Origin: an uncultured Bacteroidales bacterium
GTDB lineage: Bacteria; Bacteroidota; Bacteroidia; Bacteroidales; Muribaculaceae
Assembly: GCA_902792435.1 (NCBI GenBank)
Contig: CADAZN010000014.1
Location: 40,224 to 104,223, forward strand
Length of the DNA stretch: 64,000 bases
Direction of reading: 5' to 3'
The position numbers and the translations under genes are program-made. Shown here one piece after another: positions 19,400 to 29,633 of the stretch. Positions within the stretch are counted from its first letter, which is position 1; each line of letters opens with the position of its first letter. The notes beneath the pieces were generated by a model. The model saw nothing but the letters and a program-made list of their open reading frames with translations. It ran no database searches and was not told the origin of the DNA.

Positions 19400-21412
19400 T
19401 TACCAAATCACTGCGCGTTTCTCTTTGGGGAGATACATTTTGTCGGTCTTCTTGATGTTGAAGGCTTTGTACCAAGCGTCGATCATTGGCAGGGCGGCGT
19501 TGACGCGGAGCTCGTGGGGCGAGTGGGTGTCGCTGTCAACGAGGTTGGCAAGCGTTTCGGGGGTGCTGTTGCTTGCCCACACGCGGGCGTTGGCAAGGAA
19601 GAAGCGCTGTGCTGGAGTGAAGCCGTCAACCTTCTTGAGAGGCTCCACCTTCATGCGGTTCTCGAAGGCGCGGTAGGCGATGTTGAGGCCGCCGTTGTCG
19701 CTCACGTTCTCGCCCAGGGTCTTCAGGCCGTTAACCTTCACGCCGGGGAGGATTTCCTGTGAGCCAAACCAGTCGGCAATCACCTTGGTGCGCTGGTCAT
19801 AGTTGGTCTTGTCCTCGGGGGTCCACCAGTTGGCAAGGTTTCCGTCCTTGTCGAAGAGGCAGCCCTTGTCGTCAAATCCGTGAGTCATCTCGTGGCCGAT
19901 AACCATACCGATGGCGCCGTAGTTGCTTGCATAGTCTGATTCTGGGTCAAAGAATGGAGGTTGCAGGATGGCGGCGGGGAAGTTGATGCTGTTGTAGCGC
20001 GAGTTGTAGAAGGCGTTCACAGTTTGTGGAGTGCAAGCCATCACGGTTTTGTCAACGGGCTTGCGCCAGTGCTTGCGCAGGCTTGCCTGGGTGGTCTCCT
20101 GCGAGATGCGGATGTAGTTCTCCACCAGGTTCTCGTTCTCACGGATGTCGATGTATTTCTCCATGTCCTGCCACTTGTCGGGGTAGCCCACATTGATGTG
20201 CATGGCGTGGAGTTTCTCGATGGCTTTAGCCTTGGTCTCGGGGCTCATCCAGGTGTTGTCCTTCAGGCGGTCCTCAAAGGCTTGCTGCAAGTCTTTCACG
20301 AGCTTCACCACGCGCTGCTTGCTGCTCTCGGGGAAGTATTTTTGCACATAGAGCTTGCCGATGGTCTCGCCTAGGCTGCCGCTGATGAGGCCCACGGCGC
20401 GCTTCCAGCGTGGCTGCTGCTCCTGCACGCCCGAGATTTTCTTGCTGGCCTCAAACGAGCGGTCGCTGAAGTCGTCCGACAGGAATCCTGCAAATTCCTT
20501 GACGATGCTAAGCTCCATGAAAGCTTTCCAGTCCTCGATGCTGGCATTTGCGAGCAGGTCTTCCACCACATGCACTGGCTCAATCTGTCCCACGTTCACG
20601 GTGTCGATGTCCTGTGGATATTTAATCACGTCGCGATAGGTCTCCCAGTCGATGCCCTTGAAGTCCTTCTTCAGCTGGTCCCAAGTCATGATGTGGATGC
20701 GCTTGTAGGGGTCGCGTGATTCCACCTGGTCGAGCTGGGTAACGCCAATCTTGCTCTCGATGGCCCACTCGGCCTCCATCATGCGTTGTGCCTCCTCCTC
20801 GCTGTGGCCCACCATCTTCAAGAGGTCCTTGTTGAGCTCCTTGATGGTGCTCACCACGAGCTTCTGCTGCTCGCTGGGGTTGGCGTAATATTCCTTCGAG
20901 AGCGATGCACCGCCATGGCCGGCGCCCATCATGTACTCATCGCTGTTAAATGGGTTCATGCCCAGGTAGATGCCGAAGGGCGCTGTGCCAAAGCCCTTGG
21001 CGTCGAGCTCATACATCACGCGTAGCATCTCCTCGCGGGTCTTGATGGCGCGCACCTGGTTGAGGTAGGGGAGGATGGGTTTGTAGCCCATCTCGTTGCG
21101 GCTCACGGTGTCCATATACAGGCGGTAGAGGCTGCCAATCTTTTGGCCGTCGGTGCCTTGTGGCAGATGTTTGCCGGCATACTCCATGATGAGGTCGTTG
21201 ATGCGGTCGTTGTTCTGCTCATACAGATCCATGAACGCACCGTTCTGGGTGTGCTGCTTGTCGAGGGGGTTAGCCTTGAGCCAGCCACCAACGGCATACT
21301 GCCAGAAGTTCTCTCCGGGTTTCACACTAAGGTCCATATTGGCCTTGTTGACTTGTGCCATGCCTGCCATGAAACTCAGGGCAAGGGCAATCACTAGAAA
21401 AGCTTTTTTCAT
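19400..21412 (-). CDS. M13 family zinc metallopeptidase (PepO/neprilysin-like), secreted or lipoprotein
   Basis: HEMTHGFDD (HExxH) and GENVSDNGGL (ENxADxGG-like), with an N-terminal signal peptide. Confidence 0.85.
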   Translation of the reverse strand: MKKAFLVIALALSFMAGMAQVNKANMDLSVKPGENFWQYAVGGWLKANPLDKQHTQNGAFMDLYEQNNDRINDLIMEYAGKHLPQGTDGQKIGSLYRLYMDTVSRNEMGYKPILPYLNQVRAIKTREEMLRVMYELDAKGFGTAPFGIYLGMNPFNSDEYMMGAGHGGASLSKEYYANPSEQQKLVVSTIKELNKDLLKMVGHSEEEAQRMMEAEWAIESKIGVTQLDQVESRDPYKRIHIMTWDQLKKDFKGIDWETYRDVIKYPQDIDTVNVGQIEPVHVVEDLLANASIEDWKAFMELSIVKEFAGFLSDDFSDRSFEASKKISGVQEQQPRWKRAVGLISGSLGETIGKLYVQKYFPESSKQRVVKLVKDLQQAFEDRLKDNTWMSPETKAKAIEKLHAMHINVGYPDKWQDMEKYIDIRENENLVENYIRISQETTQASLRKHWRKPVDKTVMACTPQTVNAFYNSRYNSINFPAAILQPPFFDPESDYASNYGAIGMVIGHEMTHGFDDKGCLFDKDGNLANWWTPEDKTNYDQRTKVIADWFGSQEILPGVKVNGLKTLGENVSDNGGLNIAYRAFENRMKVEPLKKVDGFTPAQRFFLANARVWASNSTPETLANLVDSDTHSPHELRVNAALPMIDAWYKAFNIKKTDKMYLPKEKRAVIW

Positions 21413-21582
21413 AATGCAATTATTATAATAGTTGTTTTATAGATTTAGTGTCTCAGCCAGCGGCGATTCTAAACCGCTTTCTACTAATTAGACGCAACAA
21501 CCTTACAAAAACTACAAAAAAACTTCACTTTTTTCTCAAACAATTTGAAACAATTAATAAATAGTCCATTAGATGTTCGCTG

Positions 21583-21657
21583 TTTTTGGGGGCCGCGCTG
21601 CGCGCTAAAGATTATTGCCCTTCGGGCTAAAATTTTAAAAGTTGTCAGTTCTCAGTT
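21583..21657 (+). repeat. ~75-bp intergenic repeat, copy B1
   Basis: tttttgggggccgcgctgcgcgctaaagatt..gccc-ttc-gggctaaaatt.taaaagtt recurs at 22271-22345. Confidence 0.8.
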
Positions 21658-21670
21658 GCTCACGTGGGGA

Positions 21671-21841
21671 ACACAAATTACCGTTAATTGACCGTGAATT
21701 ATCATTTAATTATCAGTTTGCCTTGAGGCTGGAGGGGCGCTGCGCTTAAAATTGGGTCAAGTTCAAATCCCTTCGGGACCGCACACCGTGCTTCGCACGA
21801 CTTATGCTTTTGAATCTCCCCGAGCTGAAGGTTTAATGAAA
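21671..21841 (+). repeat. 171-bp intergenic repeat, copy A1
   Basis: By eye it is identical to 22058-22228 except for 3 mismatches. Confidence 0.9.
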
Positions 21842-21931
21842 GGTTCAGCTGGTTCAGCTGGTTCGGTTGGGTCGCATGAGGCTTTTGGGTCTTTTGGGGC
21901 GCTTGGGACAAATGGGACAAATGGGACAAGG
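21842..21931. repeat. Nonamer-phased degenerate array, 10 units
   Basis: ggttcagct ggttcagct ggttcggtt gggtcgcat gaggctttt gggtctttt ggggcgctt gggacaaat gggacaaat gggacaagg. Confidence 0.8.
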
Positions 21932-22057
21932 AGTCAACTTTTTTCAGGCAAAGACAGTTCATAGTTAAGAGTTTTTAGTTTATAATATGTTCGTGTGTGC
22001 GCAAAGGTAGGTAGGGGGAGCGGTGGGAACAAGATTGAAAAGTGACGCGGTGTTTTT

Positions 22058-22228
22058 ACACAAATTACCGTTAATTGACCATAAATTATCATTTAATTAT
22101 CAGTTTGCCTTGAGGCTGGAGGGGCGCTTCGCTTAAAATTGGGTCAAGTTCAAATCCCTTCGGGACCGCACACCGTGCTTCGCACGACTTATGCTTTTGA
22201 ATCTCCCCGAGCTGAAGGTTTAATGAAA
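22058..22228 (+). repeat. 171-bp intergenic repeat, copy A2 (followed by a ~45-nt degenerate restart at 22229-22272)
   Basis: Direct repeat of 21671-21841, offset by 387 bp. Confidence 0.9.
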
Positions 22229-22270
22229 AATTACCATTAATTGACCGCAAATTATCGTTTTATTGTCAGT

Positions 22271-22345
22271 TTTTTGGGGGCCGCGCTGCGCGCTAAAGAT
22301 TGCTGCCCTGCGGGCTAAAATTATAAAAGTTCTCAGTAATCGGTT
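22271..22345 (+). repeat. ~75-bp intergenic repeat, copy B2
   Basis: Same as B1 with a few substitutions. The mini-hairpin loop differs (ttc versus tgc) while the stem gccc/gggc is kept. Confidence 0.8.
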
Positions 22346-22607
22346 TCCAGTTATTTTTCACGACGATTAAGGACGATAATGATTTTTACTTTGGATTCTG
22401 GCACTTAGCCTTACGGCTTTAGAGTATTAATGACAATTGCTCGCGGTTTTATACATAAATTAGTATTAGTTCTCAGCTCTCAGTTTTTTGCTCGCAATTG
22501 TTTTGAGTTAAGCTAATTTAAGTTTGCCTGGCTAAGTTTTAGCCCGCAACCTTGCGTCCTTTGCAACATGAAAGCAAATATCCCTGATTTCTTTATAAGA
22601 AAGCGAA

Positions 22608-22623
22608 ACTCTATGAATAGAGT
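22608..22623 (+). promoter_or_regulatory. Candidate C-box operator: perfect inverted repeat ACTCTAT-GA-ATAGAGT
   Basis: A 7-bp perfect inverted repeat with a 2-bp spacer lies 25 nt upstream of the TAATTTTG -7 box (22648-22655) of the C-protein gene. Confidence 0.4.
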
Positions 22624-22647
22624 GTTGATTGGGGCTGGAATTAGGGA

Positions 22648-22655
22648 TAATTTTG
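22648..22655 (+). promoter_or_regulatory. Bacteroidota -7 box TAATTTTG (R-M operon promoter)
   Basis: Matches TAnnTTTG and lies 24 nt upstream of the ATG at 22679. Confidence 0.5.
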
Positions 22656-22678
22656 CATTCTAAAAATAGAGGGCTATC

Positions 22679-22891
22679 ATGGAAAATGAAATTCTAAAGA
22701 AATTTGGAGATAAGGTGCGGCATTACAGGAACTTACTTGGCTTGTCGCAAGAGAAGTTTGCCGAGAAAGCAAACGTTCACCGCACCTATATCGGCACAGT
22801 GGAACGTGGAGAAACCAACATAACTTTAGTCAATGTTTATAGATTGGCAGAGGCCCTAGAAGTGAGTGTATCAAAACTATTAGAGGAGTAA
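22679..22891 (+). CDS. XRE-family HTH protein, R-M controller (C-protein)-like, 70 aa
   Basis: LGLSQEKFAEKANVHRTYIGTVERGE helix-turn-helix. Its size and position, 5 nt upstream of the methyltransferase genes, are typical of C-proteins. Confidence 0.8.
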   Translation: MENEILKKFGDKVRHYRNLLGLSQEKFAEKANVHRTYIGTVERGETNITLVNVYRLAEALEVSVSKLLEE

Positions 22892-22896
22892 AATTA

Positions 22897-24105
22897 ATGA
22901 AGAAAGAGAAAAAATATAAAGAGCCACTCGAACTTGACAATCCTGTTGTTGAGGATGAACTTATTGCATATCAAAGAAGCTTGTTTGAACCACAAGTTGA
23001 ACACATAAAGAAAAATACATGTAAATCTTCTAGAAATAAATATACTGTTTTAGATTTATTTTGTGGTTGTGGAGGTTTGTCAAAAGGATTTATTGATGCT
23101 GGATTTGACGTGACCTTGGGCGTGGACTTTGATGATGCGGCATTAAAAACATTCTTATATAACCATCCAAATAGTACTGCCTTGAAGCTTGATTTGTTTA
23201 ATCTTGATAATGTTTCTAAAATTATAGATTTTTATAAATATAGAGGCTATACACCTGATGTTTTAGTTGGTGGTCCTCCTTGCCAAGGCTTTTCTTTAGC
23301 TGGACCTCGTCAAATTGACGACTCAAGAAATGTTCTTTATCGTGCTATGGTCAAAACGGCAACAGAGCTTAAACCAAAAGTTGTTTTACTAGAAAATGTT
23401 CCTGGAATAGTTCAATTACATGGTGGTCTTGTAAAAGATAAAATCATTTCTGATTTTGAAAGTATAGGTTATAACATAACTTATAGTATATTATATGCCC
23501 CAGATTTTGGAATTCCACAAACTAGGCGTCGAGCTTTTTTTATTGGACTATTAAATTCATCCTCGTCTTTCATTTATCCTGAACCTACCTTTTCCTCAGA
23601 GAATTATGTAACTTGTGAAGAGGCTATAGGTGACTTGCCTTCATTAGAAAACATTATTGGTGACGAAATTCAAGATTATCCTGTAGAACCATTATCCTCT
23701 TTTCAAAAACAAATGCGCGAGGGTTCAACAAAGATTTATAATAACCTAGGAACTATTCATGATAAGAAAACCATCAAATTTATATCTATGGTTCCTGAAG
23801 GTAAGAATTACAAATCTTTGCCAGAAAAATACAAAGGGATATATAAATATCATGAAGCTTTAACTAGATATCATAGTAAAAAACCTTCACCAACTATTAA
23901 TACAGGACATCGTTCACATTTTCATTACAAATGGAACAGAATTCCTACAGTTCGTGAGAGCGCTAGATTACAAACTTTCCCAGATACATTTATTTTCTTC
24001 GGAAATAAATCTCAACAATACAAGCAAGTCGGCAATGCAGTTCCTCCAATGTTAGGACAAGTATTAGCCAAAAAGATTAAGAAATGGCTAGAAAACGAAA
24101 AATAA
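22897..24105 (+). CDS. DNA (cytosine-5)-methyltransferase 1
   Basis: m5C MTase motifs I (DLFCGCGG), IV (GGPPCQGFS), VI (ENVPG), VIII (QTRRRAFF) and X (GNAVPP). Confidence 0.9.
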   Translation: MKKEKKYKEPLELDNPVVEDELIAYQRSLFEPQVEHIKKNTCKSSRNKYTVLDLFCGCGGLSKGFIDAGFDVTLGVDFDDAALKTFLYNHPNSTALKLDLFNLDNVSKIIDFYKYRGYTPDVLVGGPPCQGFSLAGPRQIDDSRNVLYRAMVKTATELKPKVVLLENVPGIVQLHGGLVKDKIISDFESIGYNITYSILYAPDFGIPQTRRRAFFIGLLNSSSSFIYPEPTFSSENYVTCEEAIGDLPSLENIIGDEIQDYPVEPLSSFQKQMREGSTKIYNNLGTIHDKKTIKFISMVPEGKNYKSLPEKYKGIYKYHEALTRYHSKKPSPTINTGHRSHFHYKWNRIPTVRESARLQTFPDTFIFFGNKSQQYKQVGNAVPPMLGQVLAKKIKKWLENEK

Positions 24106-25331
24106 AACTACTTGATCTTTTTTCAGGATGTGGTGGTCTTACAGAAGGCTTCATGCAAACAAGAAAATATGAAGATATTACAGGCGTTGAATGGGATTAT
24201 TCAGCTCTATCAACTTTGAGAAATCGTCTCGCGTCTAAATGGGGGAAAAAGGATAGTCAAGAGTCTTTACTTCATTTTGATATTCAACGTGAAGAAGAAT
24301 TATTCAGAGGTTGGCAAGATGATCCAATATTTGGCTCAAGCCTAGGTATGGATTATTATGTTAATAAGCATAATGGTATTGATATAATAATAGGGGGGCC
24401 TCCTTGTCAAGCATATTCAATTGCAGGGAGAGTGCGTGATGAAGATGGTATGCAAAATGATTATCGCAACTACTTATTTGAGCATTATCTGTCAATTGTT
24501 AATAGGTATAAACCAGATGTTTTTGTTTTTGAAAACGTTCCTGGTCTGTTAAGTGCAGCGCCTCATGGTAAAAAAGTTACTGAATTAATTACAACAGCCT
24601 TTAAACGCATCGGTTATGAAATAATTGACAATTTGAAGCATGCTGTTGTCAATGCTGTAGATTATGGTGTTCCTCAAGTTAGAAAAAGAGTTATTATCGT
24701 AGGGATTAATGTCGACTCATTTAATCATAACCCTCAAGATATTCTTAAAGCTTTTTATAATGATATATTACCGAGCAAAAAAGATTCAAAAATTTATACG
24801 GTAAAAGATGCCATTGGTAATTTGCCGATAATAGAAGCTTATTGGGATTCAGCTCATCATGCTGAGCGCAAATCTCATTCTACACCCGAATGTTCTATCT
24901 CTTGGCACATTCCACGGTATAATAACTTGAGAGACATGGATACATTTAGGGTTCTTGCAGAAGATGTTATTTCTGGTAGAAATGAATATGATAGCAAAAG
25001 AATAGCGAAATTATATGAGGATAAAATAGGCTCAAAGTCCCCTATTCATAGATATCATGTTTTAAATCAAAACCTACCAAGCACAACAATTATAGCTCAC
25101 TTATATAAAGACGGCAATAGATTTATTCATTTTGATCCTAAACAAGCTCGAACTATAACACCTAGAGAGGCAGCTCTTCTACAGAGTTTTGATGTGGATT
25201 TTGAATTTATTGGTTCTAAAACTGATGTGTTCAAGATGATAGGCAATGCTGTTCCACCAAAGTTGGCAAAAGCTATAGCAGAGTCTATTTATGTTTTATT
25301 GAAAAAGTATAAATCAGATAAATATGCCTAA
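24084..25331 (+). CDS. DNA (cytosine-5)-methyltransferase 2
   Basis: Motifs [30 protein letters not shown] and GNAVPP. It overlaps the upstream MTase by 22 nt. Confidence 0.9.
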   Translation: MARKRKIKLLDLFSGCGGLTEGFMQTRKYEDITGVEWDYSALSTLRNRLASKWGKKDSQESLLHFDIQREEELFRGWQDDPIFGSSLGMDYYVNKHNGIDIIIGGPPCQAYSIAGRVRDEDGMQNDYRNYLFEHYLSIVNRYKPDVFVFENVPGLLSAAPHGKKVTELITTAFKRIGYEIIDNLKHAVVNAVDYGVPQVRKRVIIVGINVDSFNHNPQDILKAFYNDILPSKKDSKIYTVKDAIGNLPIIEAYWDSAHHAERKSHSTPECSISWHIPRYNNLRDMDTFRVLAEDVISGRNEYDSKRIAKLYEDKIGSKSPIHRYHVLNQNLPSTTIIAHLYKDGNRFIHFDPKQARTITPREAALLQSFDVDFEFIGSKTDVFKMIGNAVPPKLAKAIAESIYVLLKKYKSDKYA

Positions 25332-27288
25332 ATATACATTTACATCTGACCAAAGGATTTCATCTTTAGATGAAAGAATAAAATGGGTTGCTAATTACAT
25401 TAATCAAGGCAACTCTATTAGCAATTTAAGTGATAAATCAGAGAATAATAATGCTACCACCTTGAGATTTTATTACAATCTACATAGTGGCTCTGAAACT
25501 TGTAAGACTGCTGTTTCAAATCCAAAAGCGGTTATACGTAATTTTATTTTAAAATTCCAGTTCCCAAACACAAGGACTATTCAATCTTATAATGATTCTA
25601 TTACTGAGAATTGTTTTCTTGCACCATTTCGTGTTATTATATCTACACTTTACTTTATGGCGAAAGCAAATGAAGATGGTAATAGCTTTCTTACATTAAA
25701 TGAAATTCTATATTACATTTTTTGTGATAAACATATTTGTCAAAATCCCAGATTTAGTTATAAATACTTAATTTCTCGTATTTGTTTGGGTAGGCAATCT
25801 TATACTGACAACGATTTAGATAATAGGATTCAAAGCATAATTGAATGGAAACAATATACACGTCAATGTAGGGAATTATTGCAAGTTTTGAATTTTGCTT
25901 TTGATTCTATAAAATATAAAGAAGGGAAAGTTTCTTTTAATCATGTAGAATTTAGCAAAGACGATAGTTTTATACAAGAAGTAATCAATTATAATAAATA
26001 CTGGTACCCCTCAGATATTAATAATTTCTCATTAGCAGAAAAAGAATATATTAGCTATATGGATACAACTAACACACCTTACAATGTTATTGAGATAAAA
26101 AATTCAATAACTCCAATAAGTAATAATAGTGATAAACCCAGTGATTATCAAAAGTATCTATCTGCAATTCAAACTAAGCCATTTCTTTTACTTGCTGGCA
26201 TATCTGGAACAGGAAAAAGTCGCATAGTCCGTAGGTTAGCTCAAGCAAGTATTACCGAAGAATTGCAGAAGAAATATGACAAGAAGTCGGTAGAAAACGG
26301 CTTTGACCGCTGGAAGCTTCACAAGCCTGCCAACTTTGAGTTGATACAAGTGAAACCCAATTGGCATAATTCAATGGAAGTTGTTGGTTACAAGTCAAAT
26401 ATTAATGGAGCTCATTATGAGTTTACACCATTTATTGAGTTTGTCACACGAGCCTGGTTGCATCCTGCTGTGCCATTTTTCTTGTGCCTTGATGAGATGA
26501 ATCTTGCACCAGTTGAGCAGTATTTTGCTGAATTCTTGAGTGCGATAGAAAGCCGAACCAAAGAGAATGGTGAGTATATGACAGACCCAATTATCAAGCC
26601 TTTTGTTTCTTTTGGTGAGAAATTATGTGATGATATGCTTAATGCCATCTTACCAACTGTTTCTCCAAGTGAAACAGGAACTCCATTTGCTAAAAGAATA
26701 GAGTTCTTGAAGGGCCATTTCAAAGAAAAAGGTTTGACATTACCCGAGAACTTAATTGTCATGGGCACAGTAAATATGGATGAGACAACCTTCTCGTTCT
26801 CTCGCAAAGTACTTGACCGAGCAATGTCAATAGTGATGAACGATGTGAATTTGGAAGATTACTTTAGTTATCAATCGGATGTAATAACCTCTGAACTTTC
26901 AGATGACACTATATCAGCATTAATTAATCGTCCTATAAGTGGACTTGAAGTTATAGATGATGACTCACAAAAAGTCCGAGAGTTTTTTGAGGCAGTCAAT
27001 ATGATACTTGATGGCTCTCCATTTAAGTTGGGCTACCGTGCTATTAGTGAGGCTCTGCTCTATGTTCATGCAGCAAAAGTGTTTGGATGTGAGTCAATAA
27101 CAGATGCCCTTGACCAATTCACAATGATGAAGATAATAAGCAGGATTGAGGGGGATAAGCGCTCCATAAGTGATTTGCTTGATAAATTGCAGTCGGTTAT
27201 AACAACTGATTTTAAGCAATCAAACGAGAAATTGCAATCAATGGCAAGAACTCTTAATGCTAGTCAATTCGTTTCATATTGGACTTAA
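25324..27288 (+). CDS. McrB-like AAA+ NTPase restriction subunit (LlaJI.R1-like)
   Basis: Walker [13 protein letters not shown], a McrB-type Walker B region [21 protein letters not shown] and [20 protein letters not shown]. The ~280-aa N-terminal domain is unassigned. The start overlaps the MTase stop by 8 nt (ATGCCTAA). Confidence 0.8.
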   Translation: MPKYTFTSDQRISSLDERIKWVANYINQGNSISNLSDKSENNNATTLRFYYNLHSGSETCKTAVSNPKAVIRNFILKFQFPNTRTIQSYNDSITENCFLAPFRVIISTLYFMAKANEDGNSFLTLNEILYYIFCDKHICQNPRFSYKYLISRICLGRQSYTDNDLDNRIQSIIEWKQYTRQCRELLQVLNFAFDSIKYKEGKVSFNHVEFSKDDSFIQEVINYNKYWYPSDINNFSLAEKEYISYMDTTNTPYNVIEIKNSITPISNNSDKPSDYQKYLSAIQTKPFLLLAGISGTGKSRIVRRLAQASITEELQKKYDKKSVENGFDRWKLHKPANFELIQVKPNWHNSMEVVGYKSNINGAHYEFTPFIEFVTRAWLHPAVPFFLCLDEMNLAPVEQYFAEFLSAIESRTKENGEYMTDPIIKPFVSFGEKLCDDMLNAILPTVSPSETGTPFAKRIEFLKGHFKEKGLTLPENLIVMGTVNMDETTFSFSRKVLDRAMSIVMNDVNLEDYFSYQSDVITSELSDDTISALINRPISGLEVIDDDSQKVREFFEAVNMILDGSPFKLGYRAISEALLYVHAAKVFGCESITDALDQFTMMKIISRIEGDKRSISDLLDKLQSVITTDFKQSNEKLQSMARTLNASQFVSYWT

Positions 27289-29633
27289 ATCTTGCTACGA
27301 CTATGGCTTTTGACCGCAATATGCTACATTTTGAGGTTCGTAATTTGGACGTAAGTATCAAATTTACTTGTCCAAATTACGGCAAGCGTATTGCAGATTG
27401 TATAACTAACCTCCAAATAAACGAAGAAAGCGAAGACAAGGCTTTAGCTTTGTTTCGCTCAAGTGCTGAAGATGTTGAATTTTGTTTTGGAGAAACAGAC
27501 GAATGGCAACAAGGAGATATCAAGCATCAAGCTTATTTATTTGAAAACACAGACTACCCTGTTAGAATAATGCCGAGGCCTAACACAAGTGGTATTAAAC
27601 TATTGCGTCTAGTAATTGGAAAGAATTCCAGTGAGCAAGTGGCAACTGAGGATGAATTAATATTTGGCACAATCAATTTCCACAACCAAGTAGGCCACAC
27701 CGATATTAAGGTAGCTTATGAGCGAGAAGGGATAGAGAAGTTTCTTGTTTTTAGCACAGAGGTTTTAAGTTATAAAATGGATTACCGTAGCGATATGCGT
27801 CAGGTAATTGGTGATATTGAGAAGGAATTCTCAATGTTGAGTTACTCTTTGCTGAAAGAAACCTACCTTACGTTTAGTTCATCGAGTAAGGATAGCACCG
27901 ACCTTATTTGGTGGCAAATTTTCCGTGATTGTTACAATAAGATTGTTACTGCTGCCGACTATATTATTAACCGTCCCAAGAGAAGACTGAAGAGTGAGGT
28001 GCGTTATGAACGAGCGGAGTGGTTGCCATATATTCCTGCTGAACTTGAGAACGAGTATGCCGAATTCTCTAACCGTCCAGAATATCTCTACCGTATTGAA
28101 GAGATGTATCTTTCAAAAGATACTATTGAGAACCGTTTTTTGAAATACGCACTGTTGAATATTTCGAACCGTTTTAAGTTGGTGAAACGTAATGTTCTAG
28201 CGATACTCAATGCAGAGAACATCACTATGAGAGCGGAAATTGATGAAATGACCAATGAGTTAGATCGCCTAACCATTCATCCTTTTTTCCGCAATATAGG
28301 TACATTCAAAGGTTTCTCGCAGGATTCACTTGTGATGAAACAAGCCATGGGTTATAAAGACGTTTATGAGAATTGGATTTTACTTCAATGTGGTTATGAA
28401 CTCCAAGAGGGCATAATGCAGCTTGAAGTTAAGGAGATTTCAGACCTTTATGAGATTTGGTGTTTCATTAAGATAAAGAACATTGTTGAACATATACTTA
28501 AGAATCGCACTAAAATCATTACTAGCGGTAACCAAACACGAGGAGAATTCATTAAGAAACTTGTTCAAGGAAAATCATCGGATGTTAAGTTTATAGACAA
28601 AGATAATGAGATAGAACTCGCATCAGTAATGTATAATGCGACCACAGATGATGAGGCGATTCAAGACTTTGACCCAACAAAGCAAACAACAGATATAGAG
28701 AACACAACATCAAAGACTACGGAACAACGTCCAGATATAGTACTAAGATTGACCAAAGATGATAACGTTATTCAATACACCTATTTATTTGACGCAAAAT
28801 ATCGTTTAAATGACAAGCGCATTTTGGGTGCAGACGTGCCTCCTGTTGATGCGATAAACCAAATGCATCGTTATCGTGACGCAATTTATTACACTCAATC
28901 GGAAGATCAACAACTCAAGCGAGAAGTGATAGGTGGATATGTGCTTTATCCAGGAAATCTTGATAAAGAGAAGTTCCTTAATTCATACTATTACAATAGC
29001 ATAGATACAGTTAATATTGGCGCATTTCCTCTAAAGCCTGGCGGCAAATGGAATAATATTGAAGATGAATTGTTGCTTGACCCAAATAGCAGCGAGGATG
29101 TCTTGTATAAAGTAATAAAAAAATGGCTCACTGAAAACAGAAGTCATGACGAATTATTACGCAAATCGCTTCCACAAAAAGGTTTGAATTACTCGATAGA
29201 GGAAGTAAAAGAACCTAAGTATTTCATTGCAATTATTGACAAATCAGTTAATGATAATTTTGAAGAACTTGCTTCAGGTACAGCCACGGAATTTTATTCT
29301 GGCTATATGGGTACTAGAGACAATCTTGACCTTCAAGAAATAAGGTATTTTGCTCCAAAATTTGGTCATGAGGTTTTTGGATATTATGTTGTTAAATCAA
29401 TAAAACTCGTTTCTTTGGGAAATATTGGTAAACCTCATCGTGTGAAATTTGAGCTTGGTAAATATACTGAATTTAAGAATATTAGACCTATAGGAAGAGA
29501 TAAGGAAGCGGCAAGAGGTTTTACAATGACAAGAGATGAATTCTATTCATTCTTTATGACTGATGAACAGATAGAAGATATGAAAAAACCTGGTTTCTTT
29601 TTCTTCTTTTTTGATGAGAACAAGGAATCTTAG
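27279..29633 (+). CDS. McrC-like PD-(D/E)xK nuclease subunit (LlaJI.R2-like)
   Basis: PD-(D/E)xK core RPDIVLRL...YLFDAKYR, as in the McrC/DUF2357 family. It is translationally coupled to the NTPase gene. The start may instead be the ATG at 27303 (MAFDRN...). Confidence 0.75.
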   Translation: MDLNLATTMAFDRNMLHFEVRNLDVSIKFTCPNYGKRIADCITNLQINEESEDKALALFRSSAEDVEFCFGETDEWQQGDIKHQAYLFENTDYPVRIMPRPNTSGIKLLRLVIGKNSSEQVATEDELIFGTINFHNQVGHTDIKVAYEREGIEKFLVFSTEVLSYKMDYRSDMRQVIGDIEKEFSMLSYSLLKETYLTFSSSSKDSTDLIWWQIFRDCYNKIVTAADYIINRPKRRLKSEVRYERAEWLPYIPAELENEYAEFSNRPEYLYRIEEMYLSKDTIENRFLKYALLNISNRFKLVKRNVLAILNAENITMRAEIDEMTNELDRLTIHPFFRNIGTFKGFSQDSLVMKQAMGYKDVYENWILLQCGYELQEGIMQLEVKEISDLYEIWCFIKIKNIVEHILKNRTKIITSGNQTRGEFIKKLVQGKSSDVKFIDKDNEIELASVMYNATTDDEAIQDFDPTKQTTDIENTTSKTTEQRPDIVLRLTKDDNVIQYTYLFDAKYRLNDKRILGADVPPVDAINQMHRYRDAIYYTQSEDQQLKREVIGGYVLYPGNLDKEKFLNSYYYNSIDTVNIGAFPLKPGGKWNNIEDELLLDPNSSEDVLYKVIKKWLTENRSHDELLRKSLPQKGLNYSIEEVKEPKYFIAIIDKSVNDNFEELASGTATEFYSGYMGTRDNLDLQEIRYFAPKFGHEVFGYYVVKSIKLVSLGNIGKPHRVKFELGKYTEFKNIRPIGRDKEAARGFTMTRDEFYSFFMTDEQIEDMKKPGFFFFFFDENKES

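Noticed and set aside
21583-22345. Possible CRISPR array suggested by the repeated units in a gene-free region.
   Set aside because: There are only two full copies of a 171-bp unit plus two of a 75-bp unit. These are far longer than CRISPR repeats, lack regular repeat-spacer alternation, and no cas genes are present in the window.
29590-29612. Poly-Phe (FFFFFF) near the C-terminus of the McrC-like protein, considered as a shared signal with the poly-Phe tails of the beta-flower-like proteins.
   Set aside because: Here the run is followed by DENKES and sits in a T-rich stretch near the operon end in a cytoplasmic enzyme, so it is most likely compositional coincidence. Only the two secreted paralogs share the A-A-x-F-F-F-x-F-F terminal context.
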